The notes beneath the pieces were generated by a model. That model made no database searches, was not told where the DNA came from, and worked only from the letters and a program-made list of their open reading frames with translations. A stretch of 40,520 nucleotides of DNA from an uncultured delta proteobacterium (GTDB taxonomy: Bacteria > Desulfobacterota > Binatia > UBA9968), in assembly GCA_963755715.1 (NCBI GenBank), contig CAVWLW010000028.1, positions 1-40,520 on the forward strand. Reading direction: 5' to 3'. This document shows, in pieces, positions 1 to 9,335 of this stretch. Within the stretch, counting starts at the first letter, position 1. Each line of letters begins with the position of its first letter. The position numbers and the translations under genes are program-made.

Positions 1-436
1 CAAGTGCCGCGCTCGTCATCGAATTGCCGAGGATCATGCCCGCGATAGGAATGATGTACCGAGGTTCGTACCAAGGGTCCACCCGTACGACAACACCGAT
101 CACGTACGCGAGCGTCGCGGCTGTCGAGACAGTCAGCGCCATCGCGGCAATCCACGCTCCGCCCGGCAGTGGCTTGCCGAGACGAGACACCGCTGCCTGC
201 GTGGCCACCCCTGTCATAACGCCAAGGATCAAGAGGACCCAATACCAACGTGCGGCCGCGAACACCGCGGCAAGGATGAGACCAACCACGTAGAGCTGAA
301 CGATAGCTCGAACAGTGCCGACCACGAGATCGCGCTCGAGTCCGAGCGACTGGCGAATCGACACCACGACGATCGCGGCGACGAGGAGGAGCGCCATCGC
401 CAGTTGCCCAACCGACAGATCGATGATCGGGCTCAC
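1..436 (-). CDS. fetB: ABC transporter permease, FetB/YbbM (UPF0014) family; 3' part runs off the window
   Basis: Not in ORF track. My translation from GTG at 436 (GTGA overlap with the ATPase stop) is MSPIIDLSVGQLAMALLLVAAIVVVSIRQSLGLERDLVVGTVRAIVQLYVVG, matching the FetB/YbbM N-terminus (L.L.....R..VQL..VG). Confidence 0.85.
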   Translation of the reverse strand, partial: MSPIIDLSVGQLAMALLLVAAIVVVSIRQSLGLERDLVVGTVRAIVQLYVVGLILAAVFAAARWYWVLLILGVMTGVATQAAVSRLGKPLPGGAWIAAMALTVSTAATLAYVIGVVVRVDPWYEPRYIIPIAGMILGNSMTSAAL

Positions 437-1200
437 GTGTGGCCGCTCCCGCCGGCGATCTTCTCGCCCGCCAGAAAAGCCCGAAGGCGCGCGTCCATTG
501 GAGCATTGGCGTCTGGACCGTCCAGTGACTGGAACGCTTCGATCCGCCCCTTGATCAGATAAAGCAATCCGCCGCCGAGTCTGTGGACGAGATCAGGCTG
601 GTGCGTCACCGCGATGATGCTCAGGCCACGCGCCGCGCAAAGGCGCGAGACGGTCTCAACCACAAGAAGCGCGTTAGGTGGATCGAGCGCCGATGTGGGC
701 TCGTCGAGGAGAAGCGCCTGCGGGTCGCGCAGCAGTGCCCGCGCGATCGTCACGCGCTGCTTCTCGCCCCCGGAGAGCGTCATCGCTTCACGGTCGAGAA
801 GCGTCGACTCAAGTCCGACTTCATCGAGTGTCGCTCCCAGTCGCTCTTCCGAGAAGTCGCCTCGTACGCCGGCAGGGCGGATGCAGAGATTGTCGCGGAC
901 CGTTCCTTCGAACATCACGGGTGTCTGCATGACAAGCGCGACGCGACACCGGAGCTCACGGGGATCCAACGATCGGGTGTCGCGCCCGTCGAATCGCACC
1001 GTTCCCGACGACGGCTCGACGAGGCGGTTGAGACAGCGAAGCACAGTCGACTTCCCGGAACCAGACGGGCCGACAAGCGTGAGCGCGCCCCCACGCTTTA
1101 CGCTGAAAGAGATATCATTCAGGATGTCAATTGCGGAATGCCCGCGACCCCCCGGATAGGCGAGGGAAAGATGGTCTATCTCGAAAATCAGATCGTTCAC
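433..1200 (-). CDS. fetA: ABC transporter ATP-binding protein, FetA/YbbL-like
   Basis: Walker A GPSGSGKS, signature LSGGEKQR, Walker B LLLDEPT, H-loop VTH; coupled to fetB. The ORF is open to 1281, but GTG at 1200 (VNDLIFEI) is the likelier start. Confidence 0.8.
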   Translation of the reverse strand: MNDLIFEIDHLSLAYPGGRGHSAIDILNDISFSVKRGGALTLVGPSGSGKSTVLRCLNRLVEPSSGTVRFDGRDTRSLDPRELRCRVALVMQTPVMFEGTVRDNLCIRPAGVRGDFSEERLGATLDEVGLESTLLDREAMTLSGGEKQRVTIARALLRDPQALLLDEPTSALDPPNALLVVETVSRLCAARGLSIIAVTHQPDLVHRLGGGLLYLIKGRIEAFQSLDGPDANAPMDARLRAFLAGEKIAGGSGHT

Positions 1201-1333
1201 CTTATGCTCTCGTTCGTTGTTCAGAAATCCCATCCGGTGAAACTTGTCATGAGAGAATAGTACTCGCTCCGTACCTTTCATCGGTCAACAGGCTCGGTGC
1301 ATGATTGGCGGCGCAAATACTAATCGTCTCCTT

Positions 1334-1599
1334 GAGCGTTCCTCCCGGTCGCTCCTCCGAGAAATCGCCTCGTACGCCGGCAGGACCGATGCAGAGATTA
1401 TCGCGGACCGTTCCTTCCAACATCACGGGTGTCTGCATGACGAGCGCGGCACCGGAGCTCGCGGGGATCTAGCGATCGGGTATCGCGCCATCGAATAGCA
1501 CCATGCCCGACGACGGCTCGACGAGACGGTTGAGACAGCAAAGTACGCTCGACTTCCCGGAATCAGACGGGCCGACAAGCGTAAGCGCACGCCCCGCGC
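1334..1599 (-). pseudogene. Degenerate partial duplicate of the adjacent fetA-like ATPase (copy of ~826-1096)
   Basis: Colinear, high-identity nucleotide match to 826-1096, with Walker A changed to GPSDSGKS and small deletions that break the frame. Confidence 0.85.
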
Positions 1600-1650
1600 G
1601 TCAATGGGGGCAAGTACAAAATCGATGTGAGGATGCCCCCCGGCGAGTAG

Positions 1651-2031
1651 TTACGGTTCTATTGTCCTCAGCTCCGCGAGAAGAAATTCCCGACTTGGCA
1701 ATTCCCGGCCGTCCTTAAAACGAATGAGGTAGGGTTTGCCGGATGTGCCGGAGATGCTGGCGACCTTATCTATAAAGTCGCGCGCGGTTTTTATTTCAGC
1801 GTCGTTGGCTGCCCATTTACCGCGCAGAAAACGAGCGGCGGTCGCGGGTTCATAGGACCAGCCATTCCGAATGATTTTTACGTCTTTAAGTTGGCCTACC
1901 CGCCCAATCAATGCTTCGATTTTCTGCTTTTCAGGAGCAGGCGCGGTTTGTGCGGCTGTTAGACTTATGCAGGTTGTCACCAGGATCGATACGCACATAA
2001 ATATTGCTGGATAAATCGTCCTGATTTTCAT
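1651..2031 (-). CDS. Exported DUF5329/YfeK-family protein
   Basis: Signal peptide; IIRNG..Y...AA..L..KW and FIDKVAS.S..SGKPYLIRF motifs typical of DUF5329. Confidence 0.8.
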   Translation of the reverse strand: MKIRTIYPAIFMCVSILVTTCISLTAAQTAPAPEKQKIEALIGRVGQLKDVKIIRNGWSYEPATAARFLRGKWAANDAEIKTARDFIDKVASISGTSGKPYLIRFKDGRELPSREFLLAELRTIEP

Positions 2032-2367
2032 AAACCAACCACCGCTAATTTAGACATTAAGTGGAGAAAAAGGCCTATTCAAGATCGCGCACGGCTTTTC
2101 TCCTGAAATTTGCCACAGATCGCGGAGAACGGGCGACTTATTAACCGATGTTGCCCAAACTCATCGAGACCAGGTCGACGCCTCTCCCAATCCTGCCGGG
2201 GGCTCCGTTTTCGCGCTCTATTTGCCGCTTAGCCACGCCGCATAATAAGCCCCGGTCTCCGCCTTTCAGGAATGTAATCTTTGCGAAATCTTTAGGTAAT
2301 CCTTCGGCATTGCTTCGTTGTCCATCCGGCGCAAAAATGATTTATTACTTTCATCGGAGGATTGTGA

Positions 2368-3517
2368 GTGACAGTGACCGGCGAGACAAAGAAGGCGTTT
2401 CGTTATCGCTTGGATCGAGCGACACGCGGGTGCGTCATGCGGGTGATGAATTGGTTGACTCCGGCGGCGCCCGAGCAGCGGGCCGATTTTCGTCAAACGG
2501 AGATCCAAAGAATTCTCCTGGTGCGAAGCCTTTTTCGCATGGGCGATTCCATACTCGCGACGCCGGCGATACTGCTCTTTCGGAAAAACTTTCCCGCGGC
2601 GCGGATCGACTTTGTCGGGCCGCGCATCTCCAAAACTCTTTTTCGAAACTTGCCCATCGACCATCACTACGAAGCGGCTCGGAGTTTTCCCAAAGTCTGC
2701 TGGTCCTATCTCGCGTTACTGAAAAGAATTCGCAAGGCAAAGTATGATTTGGCCGTCGACGTTAGCGGCTCGAGCGCAGCCTTGGGTTCGTTCATCGTCG
2801 GATTTTCCGCGGCGCGTTTCCGGGTCGGATTGAAAGGGCAATGGGACCGCTGGTTCAATATTCGACTTGTCAGATCGTCGCCGCTCAACAAATATGCCGT
2901 CTTACCCGAGTTGGTTCGTTCCATGGGACTGGAAAGCCCACCGGTTTATCCGACATTGATCCTGTCGGCTGGGGAAATCGCGCGAGGCTGGCCGGCGCAT
3001 CCAGGCTCTTATCCCCGGCGCCGCTGCTCCGGTCCTCGGCGTCTTCGTCGGCGGACGAAAGGCTCGCGGCAAGCGCTGGGCCAAAGAAAACTTCCTGGAA
3101 CTGGCGCGGCGACTGCGCGCAGAGGGGATGCAGCCGATCGTTTTTATCGGCCCGGAAGAGAGCGATTTACTTGGCTACTTCTCTGACGCGCTCGGGCCCG
3201 GCGTGCCGGTCCTACTCGAGCCCGACGTGCGCGCTTTTGCCGCGCTCGTTGCCAATTGCAAACTCTTCGTCGGCTGCGATAGCGGCCCGGTTCATCTTGC
3301 TTGCGCGCTCCGCGTAAGAACGATTGCAATCTTTTTGCAGGCGAATTTCGATCATTGGGGACCACCCGCCGAGCTCGCCCGAGTCGTGTTCCGGCCGAAC
3401 GGCGTGCCGGTCGACCTTGTCGTCGACGCATGCCACGACGAACTGCGGCATACTTCAGCCGGCCAAACGAGCAGTGTCGCCGCGTTTGATCCTGGTTTAT
3501 CCAGCACGCCATCGTGA
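2368..3517 (+). CDS. Glycosyltransferase family 9 (LPS heptosyltransferase-like), split by one frameshift near 2990
   Basis: N-terminal RILLVR...MGDSILATP..L...FP.A.I and YDLAVD. After the shift the frame reads VFVGGRKARGKRWAKENF...LFVGCDSGPVHLACAL, the GT9 C-domain motif. Confidence 0.8.
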
Positions 3518-3673
3518 AGCGCCGGACAACGAGCCTTATTACGGTCGCGCTATTTATTTTCGTGTGACTTGTGTGCAAATGGCGCATGAGTGGAGCCCGA
3601 AGCTGAAAGAAGGAGAATTCGTTTTCTTGTTCGCGCTTTCTCGGGGCTCGCGAATAACCGGGGAGCAAACTCG

Positions 3674-5068
3674 ATGAACGTACGTCGATCGAGAAAACAC
3701 GCCAGCTTGCTGATCCTGTTTATGGGCTTGGCGCAAAGCTGCGTCGGTTACACAGCCAAGCCTCTGGATAATGAGGTCAAAAGCGCTCTTACGGCGCCGG
3801 ATATGGCGCAAATCCGCATCGAAGCGCGACAAATCAAGCATCCGATATTAAAACCGATCGAACTGGATATGAGCGATGGGTTGTCGGCCGACGAAGCGGC
3901 GATCCTAGCTGTCCTGGCTAATCTTAAGCTTCGTTCCGTGCGCGACCAACGGGGTATTGCATCTGCCCAGGTCCTTCAGGCGGGCATTCTCCCCAATCCG
4001 CAGCTCTCCTACACGCGGGACATTCCAACGGGAAATGCCGAGCAGGGTTTGGTTCCGGGATACGGCATTAATCTAAACTGGGAGGTGACGGCGTTGATCT
4101 CTCGGAGCGCCAAGATCGCTGCGGCGGCTTCCGATGCGGCTGCCGTAAATCTCGACGTGGCCTGGCAGGAATGGCAAACAGCCGAAGCGGCGAAGTTGCA
4201 GGTTCTGCACCTTCATTTTCTCGACCGTCAATTAGAGATTGCCGGAGCCGAGGAAGAAGGCTTGCGGCAAAATCTCGATGTCGTTAGGCGAGCGTTCGAT
4301 CGCGGCTTCGTGACGACGATCGAGGTTGCCGCCGCGGAAGCGGCGTTGAACAAAACGCGCGCCGACGTGCTCATGAAGAAGCAGCAACGGGAACAAGAGC
4401 GTCTGACCCTCAATGAGTTGCTCGGCTTTCCACCGGAAGTTATTTTGCAATTACAGTCACAAGACGAGATTTCCTGGACAAAAGCGCTGCCGCCATTGCA
4501 AGAGTTCACCGACGAGATCGAGGACCGGCGGCTCGACTTGTTGGCGCTTAAAAGCGGCTATCAGAGCCAAGAGGAGCGGCTGCGTGCCGCGATTCTGCAG
4601 CAGTTTCCGAAAATCAGTCTCGGCTTCTCGCGCGCCAGAGACACCACCGACGTCGTCTCGACCGGCTTCGGCATTACTATTGACCTGCCGCTTTTCGACC
4701 GAAACCAGGGCGGTATTGCTCTGGAAAGCGCAACGCGGTCCAAGCTTTTCGACGAATATATTGCGCGCGTGTTCGAAGCGCGCGGCGAGGTGGCGCACAT
4801 TCTAGCCAACGTCGAGTCGCTAAGGCGCCAGCGCGAAGTTGCCGAAAGATCGATTCCGACAATGCAAAAAGTAGTCGAATCTTACGGAGTCGCCCTGCGG
4901 CAGGGTAACGCCGATGTCGTGACCTATTACAATGCCAGAGCCGAATTGACCGCCAAACAATTGGAGCTGATCGATCTCAATCATCAACTCGACGATCTGC
5001 GCGTCGGGCTTGAAATCGCGAGCGGAGGTTATTTGGCACAAGGAGACAAGAAGGGAGCAATCCCATGA
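3674..5068 (+). CDS. TolC-family outer-membrane efflux protein
   Basis: Signal or lipoprotein-like N-terminus ending in C; PNPQL, FPKISLG, IDLPLFDRNQG OEP motifs; GGGGAG RBS before ATG 3674; ATGA-coupled to the MFP. Confidence 0.88.
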   Translation: MNVRRSRKHASLLILFMGLAQSCVGYTAKPLDNEVKSALTAPDMAQIRIEARQIKHPILKPIELDMSDGLSADEAAILAVLANLKLRSVRDQRGIASAQVLQAGILPNPQLSYTRDIPTGNAEQGLVPGYGINLNWEVTALISRSAKIAAAASDAAAVNLDVAWQEWQTAEAAKLQVLHLHFLDRQLEIAGAEEEGLRQNLDVVRRAFDRGFVTTIEVAAAEAALNKTRADVLMKKQQREQERLTLNELLGFPPEVILQLQSQDEISWTKALPPLQEFTDEIEDRRLDLLALKSGYQSQEERLRAAILQQFPKISLGFSRARDTTDVVSTGFGITIDLPLFDRNQGGIALESATRSKLFDEYIARVFEARGEVAHILANVESLRRQREVAERSIPTMQKVVESYGVALRQGNADVVTYYNARAELTAKQLELIDLNHQLDDLRVGLEIASGGYLAQGDKKGAIP

Positions 5069-6165
5069 AGCGGATGTTATCGATCGGTTTCAGCATTGCG
5101 CTCGTCGCTGGCGCTTTGGCGATCGGTTACCTGCGGTTTTCTTCTAACGGACAATCGCATGCCGAAGATGCGGGGTCGGTCTCAAAGGCAGGATCGTCGT
5201 CGGACGTCGAAGCGCCCGTGAAGGTTGCGCCGATTCGGCAAGGCGCCGTTACCGAGGAGATCACAGTTTACGGCACGGTGGTGCCGGCAGCCGGCGCCGT
5301 TCAAACGGTATCCGTGCCTTTTGAGAGCCGGGTGCGCCGCATTCTCGTGAGCGAATCACAACGCGTTTCCCAGGGCGATCTTCTGTTGGAAATCGAGCCG
5401 AGCGCGGATGCCAAGCTTCAAACCGATCTCGCCCGCAACGAATTCGAATCGGCGCAAAAGGCGCTCGATTTTCTGCAACAGCGCTTCGATCTCAAGCTGG
5501 CGACCAATGATCAGCTGCTGCAAGGAAAGCAGGCTTTGGAACAAGCTCGCGAGAAGCTCGAGAGTCTGCGGCGCCGAGAGCTTGACGGCACGCGCGCTGT
5601 TCATGCCGGCGTTCACGGGTTGATCTCGAAGATTTCCGCACAGGAAGGCGCCATTGTCCCGGCCGGGAGCTCGATGATCGAAATGGTCGCGCAAAATCGT
5701 CTCGAAGTGCGGCTGGGGATTGAGCCGGAAAACGTCGACAAGGTGAAACTTGGCCAGGCAGTATCGCTGGCGCGCGTGAACGCGCCGGCTGCCAAAACTG
5801 TTTCCGGTCTGATCCGTAAAATTTCCCACGCCGCCGATCCGACGACTCGTCTCGTGCAAGTTTTTACCGCGCCGCCGGCAAACGCCAACTTTCTCTTGGG
5901 AGAATTCGTTGCCGGAAAAATTGCCATCGCCTCCGAACGGGGATTGATCGTTCCTCGATCCGCGGTCCTTCCCGAAGAAGATCATTTTATTCTTTTCACG
6001 ACCAAAGAAGGTCGGGCTCAAGAACATCAGGTGCACGTCGGCTTGCAGGATCAGAACGAAACCGAAGTCATCGCCGATGATCTCCGGCCGGGCGATCTGG
6101 TGGTTACGGTGGGAAATTACGAGCTAAAAGACGGGATGACAGTCAAAGTCGACGCATCTCGATGA
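5065..6165 (+). CDS. RND efflux periplasmic adaptor (MFP) subunit
   Basis: N-terminal TM; lipoyl half-motifs (V..GDLLLEI; GLISKI..QEG..V..G); DPTTR and VPRSAV...L.PGD.VV..G; lies between TolC and RND genes. Confidence 0.9.
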   Translation: MKRMLSIGFSIALVAGALAIGYLRFSSNGQSHAEDAGSVSKAGSSSDVEAPVKVAPIRQGAVTEEITVYGTVVPAAGAVQTVSVPFESRVRRILVSESQRVSQGDLLLEIEPSADAKLQTDLARNEFESAQKALDFLQQRFDLKLATNDQLLQGKQALEQAREKLESLRRRELDGTRAVHAGVHGLISKISAQEGAIVPAGSSMIEMVAQNRLEVRLGIEPENVDKVKLGQAVSLARVNAPAAKTVSGLIRKISHAADPTTRLVQVFTAPPANANFLLGEFVAGKIAIASERGLIVPRSAVLPEEDHFILFTTKEGRAQEHQVHVGLQDQNETEVIADDLRPGDLVVTVGNYELKDGMTVKVDASR

Positions 6166-9100
6166 ACTTTGCCGGTTGGACACAGCGACATCGGTCTTCG
6201 CTCTTGTTCTTGATTGCGGTGTTGGTCGTCGGCGGCGTGGCGGAGATCCGCAATCTGCCTGTGGCGCTCTTCCCGTACATCAGCTTTCCGAGAGTCGTCG
6301 TTAGCCTCGATGCCGGGGATCGTCCCGCCGAACGGATGATGATCGAGGTGACCTTGCCGATCGAACAGGCAGTTCGAGCGGTCCCCGGCGTGCGCAATCT
6401 GCGCTCGACGACGAGCCGCGGCAGCGCGGAAGTATCGATCAATTTCGCTTGGGGCGAAGACATGGTGGCGGCCCTGTTGCAGATCGAGTCAGCAATCAAT
6501 CAAGTCATGCCAAACTTGCCGTCCGGCACCACTTCGAATGTTCGCCGGATGGATCCGACGGTGTTTCCCGTGCTCGCCTACAGCTTGACCTCTGACAGCC
6601 GTTCTTTGGTCGAGCTTCGCGACATCGCGTTGTACCAACTGCGGCCTTTGCTTTCGACGATCAGCGGAGTCGCCAAGATCGAAGTTCTCGGGGGTGCTCA
6701 AAGAGAGTATCAAGCGATCGTCAATCCGGCGCGTCTGGATTCTTACGGTCTGGCTTTGAGCGACGTCGCCAAGGCGCTCTCGGCCGCCAACGTGATTCAG
6801 GCCGTGGGTCGCCTGGAAGATCATTACAAGCTTTATCTCGCCATGTCCGACACGAGGCTTGTGAGCCTCGAGCAGATCCGCAACACGATCCTCCGCTCGG
6901 GTCCCGCGGGTTTGGTGCGGCTCACAGACGTAGCCACGGTCAGCGAAGGGACAGCGCCGCAATGGGTGCGCGTGACCGCTGACGGCCACGACGCGGTGAT
7001 TTTTCAAGTCCATCAACAGCCCGGCGGCAATACGGTGCAGATCGCCCGCGATATCAAAACCAAGCTCGCTGAATTTCGCAAACAGCTGCCGGCCGGCGTC
7101 AAGGTGGCCAACTGGTACGATCAAAGCGAGCTGATCGTCTCCTCGGCGCAGAGTGTGCGCGACGCGATCATCGTCGGCGTTGTTTTCGCCGTGCTCATTC
7201 TTCTGCTGTTTCTGCGCAATTTGAAAGTCACCTTGATCGCCGCGATTGCCGTGCCGAGCGTGCTCGCCGCCACGGTGCTGCTGCTTTACGTTTTTAACAT
7301 GAGTTTTAATATGATGACTCTCGGCGGCATGGCGGCCGCCGTGGGACTCATCATCGACGATGCGATTGTCATGGTCGAGCACATCGCGCGCCGGCTGGGC
7401 GAAGGCGGCGCGCTGCGGGGGCGCGCGCTCCGAGCGGCTACGGAATTTACCAAATCCCTCGCGGGATCGTCGGCCTCGACGATCATCATTTTTGCGCCTT
7501 TGGCGTTTCTGTCCGGCGTCACCGGCGCTTTTTTCAAAGCGCTATCTCTGACGATGGCGGCCAGCCTGGTTATTTCTTTCGTGGTGGCGTGGTTGGCGGT
7601 TCCGCTGCTGACGGATCGTTTTCTGAACGAGCAAGACGCGGGACAAGAAAAACAGGGCCGTTTTACCGCGCGAGCGCGCCGGACTTATGAGACGCTGCTC
7701 CGCCGAGTGCTCGTTCGCCCGGTGGTCGTGTTGTTCATCGCAGCCGTGCTGATTGCCGCCGGTTGGCTGTGCGAGCGCAACCTCGGCTCCGGTTTTATGC
7801 CGTCTATGGACGAAGGCGGCTTTATCCTCGATTACCGCTCTGAACCGGGTACGTCGCTCACCGAAACAGATCGCCTGTTGCGCCGGGTCGAAGCAATTCT
7901 GCGCGCGACGCCTGAGGTGGAGACCTATTCGCGGCGCACCGGCTTGCAGCTTGGCGGCGGATTGACGGAGGCCAACATGGGCGACTTCTTCGTGCGCCTC
8001 AAGCCGCTGCCCCGGCGCGACATCGAGGCGGTCATGGACGAGGTGCGTAAGAAGGTGGAAGGGCAGGTGCCGGGGCTGGAAATTGAGCTGGCGCAGTTAA
8101 TGGAAGATCTGATCGGCGATCTGACCGCGGTACCGCAGCCGATCGAAATCAAACTTTATTCCGATGATGGCAACCTGCTGTTGAAGCTCGGACCTGCAGT
8201 CGCCAATGCTATCGAAAAAATTCCCGGCGTGGTCGATGTCAAAAGCGGCATCGTGCTGGCGGGTGACGCACTGGACATTCAAATCGATCGAGTCAAAGCC
8301 AGCCTGGAAGGCGTCGATCCCGATGCGGTCACGCAAATGGTGTCAAACTATCTGACCGGAGTCGTTACAACTCAGGTCCAGAGCGGGCCGAAGATGATCG
8401 GCGTGCGGGCGTGGATACCGCATGGCCTTCGAGCCACTCAACACGACCTCGAAGACTTGCGCATGCGCGCGCCGGACGGCCACTTATTTCCATTGAAGAG
8501 GGTCGCAAATCTCACAGCGGTGACCGGGCAGCCGGAAATTACCCGGGACAATCTCAAGCAAATGGTCGCCGTCACCGGCCGAATCAGTGGCCGGGACATC
8601 GGCTCGGTGATTGCTCAAGTTAAGCAGGCATTGGCTCGTCCGGGAATCGTGCCCTCAGGGGTTTACTACGACTTGGGCGGTCTCTACGCCGAACAGCAGG
8701 ACGCCTTCGCGGGCCTCGTGGCGGTTTTTTTTGGCGCCGTCGCTCTGGTTTTTTTGTTGCTGCTCTTTCTGTTCGAAAGCTTTCGCGTGGCCTTTGCGGT
8801 GCTCGTGACGACGCTGTTTGCGATGGCCGCAGTCTTTGTCGGGCTGTGGCTGACCGGCACGGAAATAAATGTATCATCGATGATGGGCATGACCATGATC
8901 GTCGGTATCGTGACGGAAGTGGCGATTTTTTATCTAGCCGAATACGCCGATCTCAGCGGCGAACGCGATCCGGTGGCGCGGCTGATCCAGGCCGGCAACA
9001 ACCGCATGCGACCGATCGCCATGACGACCCTGGCGGCGATTTTTGCTCTCCTGCCGCTCGCGTTAGGCATCGGCCAAGGGGCCGCGATGCAACAACCGCT

Positions 9101-9218
9101 GGCTATCGCGATCGTCTCCGGCTTGATGATTCAGTTTCCTCTGGTATTGATAGTGTTGCCCGCGCTCCTTTTGTTGCTCGGCGCGCGTCCCGCCGAAGCC
9201 CGAGAGCCAATCTCTTAA
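6162..9218 (+). CDS. RND efflux permease (AcrB/CzcA superfamily), 1018 aa
   Basis: LPVALFP, PIEQAV, GLIIDDAIVMVE (TM4), FAPLAFLSG..G.FFK, R.RPIAMTT..AIFALLPLA, PLAIAIVSGL. Confidence 0.93.
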   Translation: MNFAGWTQRHRSSLLFLIAVLVVGGVAEIRNLPVALFPYISFPRVVVSLDAGDRPAERMMIEVTLPIEQAVRAVPGVRNLRSTTSRGSAEVSINFAWGEDMVAALLQIESAINQVMPNLPSGTTSNVRRMDPTVFPVLAYSLTSDSRSLVELRDIALYQLRPLLSTISGVAKIEVLGGAQREYQAIVNPARLDSYGLALSDVAKALSAANVIQAVGRLEDHYKLYLAMSDTRLVSLEQIRNTILRSGPAGLVRLTDVATVSEGTAPQWVRVTADGHDAVIFQVHQQPGGNTVQIARDIKTKLAEFRKQLPAGVKVANWYDQSELIVSSAQSVRDAIIVGVVFAVLILLLFLRNLKVTLIAAIAVPSVLAATVLLLYVFNMSFNMMTLGGMAAAVGLIIDDAIVMVEHIARRLGEGGALRGRALRAATEFTKSLAGSSASTIIIFAPLAFLSGVTGAFFKALSLTMAASLVISFVVAWLAVPLLTDRFLNEQDAGQEKQGRFTARARRTYETLLRRVLVRPVVVLFIAAVLIAAGWLCERNLGSGFMPSMDEGGFILDYRSEPGTSLTETDRLLRRVEAILRATPEVETYSRRTGLQLGGGLTEANMGDFFVRLKPLPRRDIEAVMDEVRKKVEGQVPGLEIELAQLMEDLIGDLTAVPQPIEIKLYSDDGNLLLKLGPAVANAIEKIPGVVDVKSGIVLAGDALDIQIDRVKASLEGVDPDAVTQMVSNYLTGVVTTQVQSGPKMIGVRAWIPHGLRATQHDLEDLRMRAPDGHLFPLKRVANLTAVTGQPEITRDNLKQMVAVTGRISGRDIGSVIAQVKQALARPGIVPSGVYYDLGGLYAEQQDAFAGLVAVFFGAVALVFLLLLFLFESFRVAFAVLVTTLFAMAAVFVGLWLTGTEINVSSMMGMTMIVGIVTEVAIFYLAEYADLSGERDPVARLIQAGNNRMRPIAMTTLAAIFALLPLALGIGQGAAMQQPLAIAIVSGLMIQFPLVLIVLPALLLLLGARPAEAREPIS

Positions 9219-9335
9219 ATTTACAGCCTACGGACTGATAATGTGGCCCAATTGAATTGCGGTGTTTCTCGACGACGGCATTTTATATGCGTTAATTAGA
9301 AGAGCAGGCCGGCAATAAATGTTAAGGAAAGAAAG

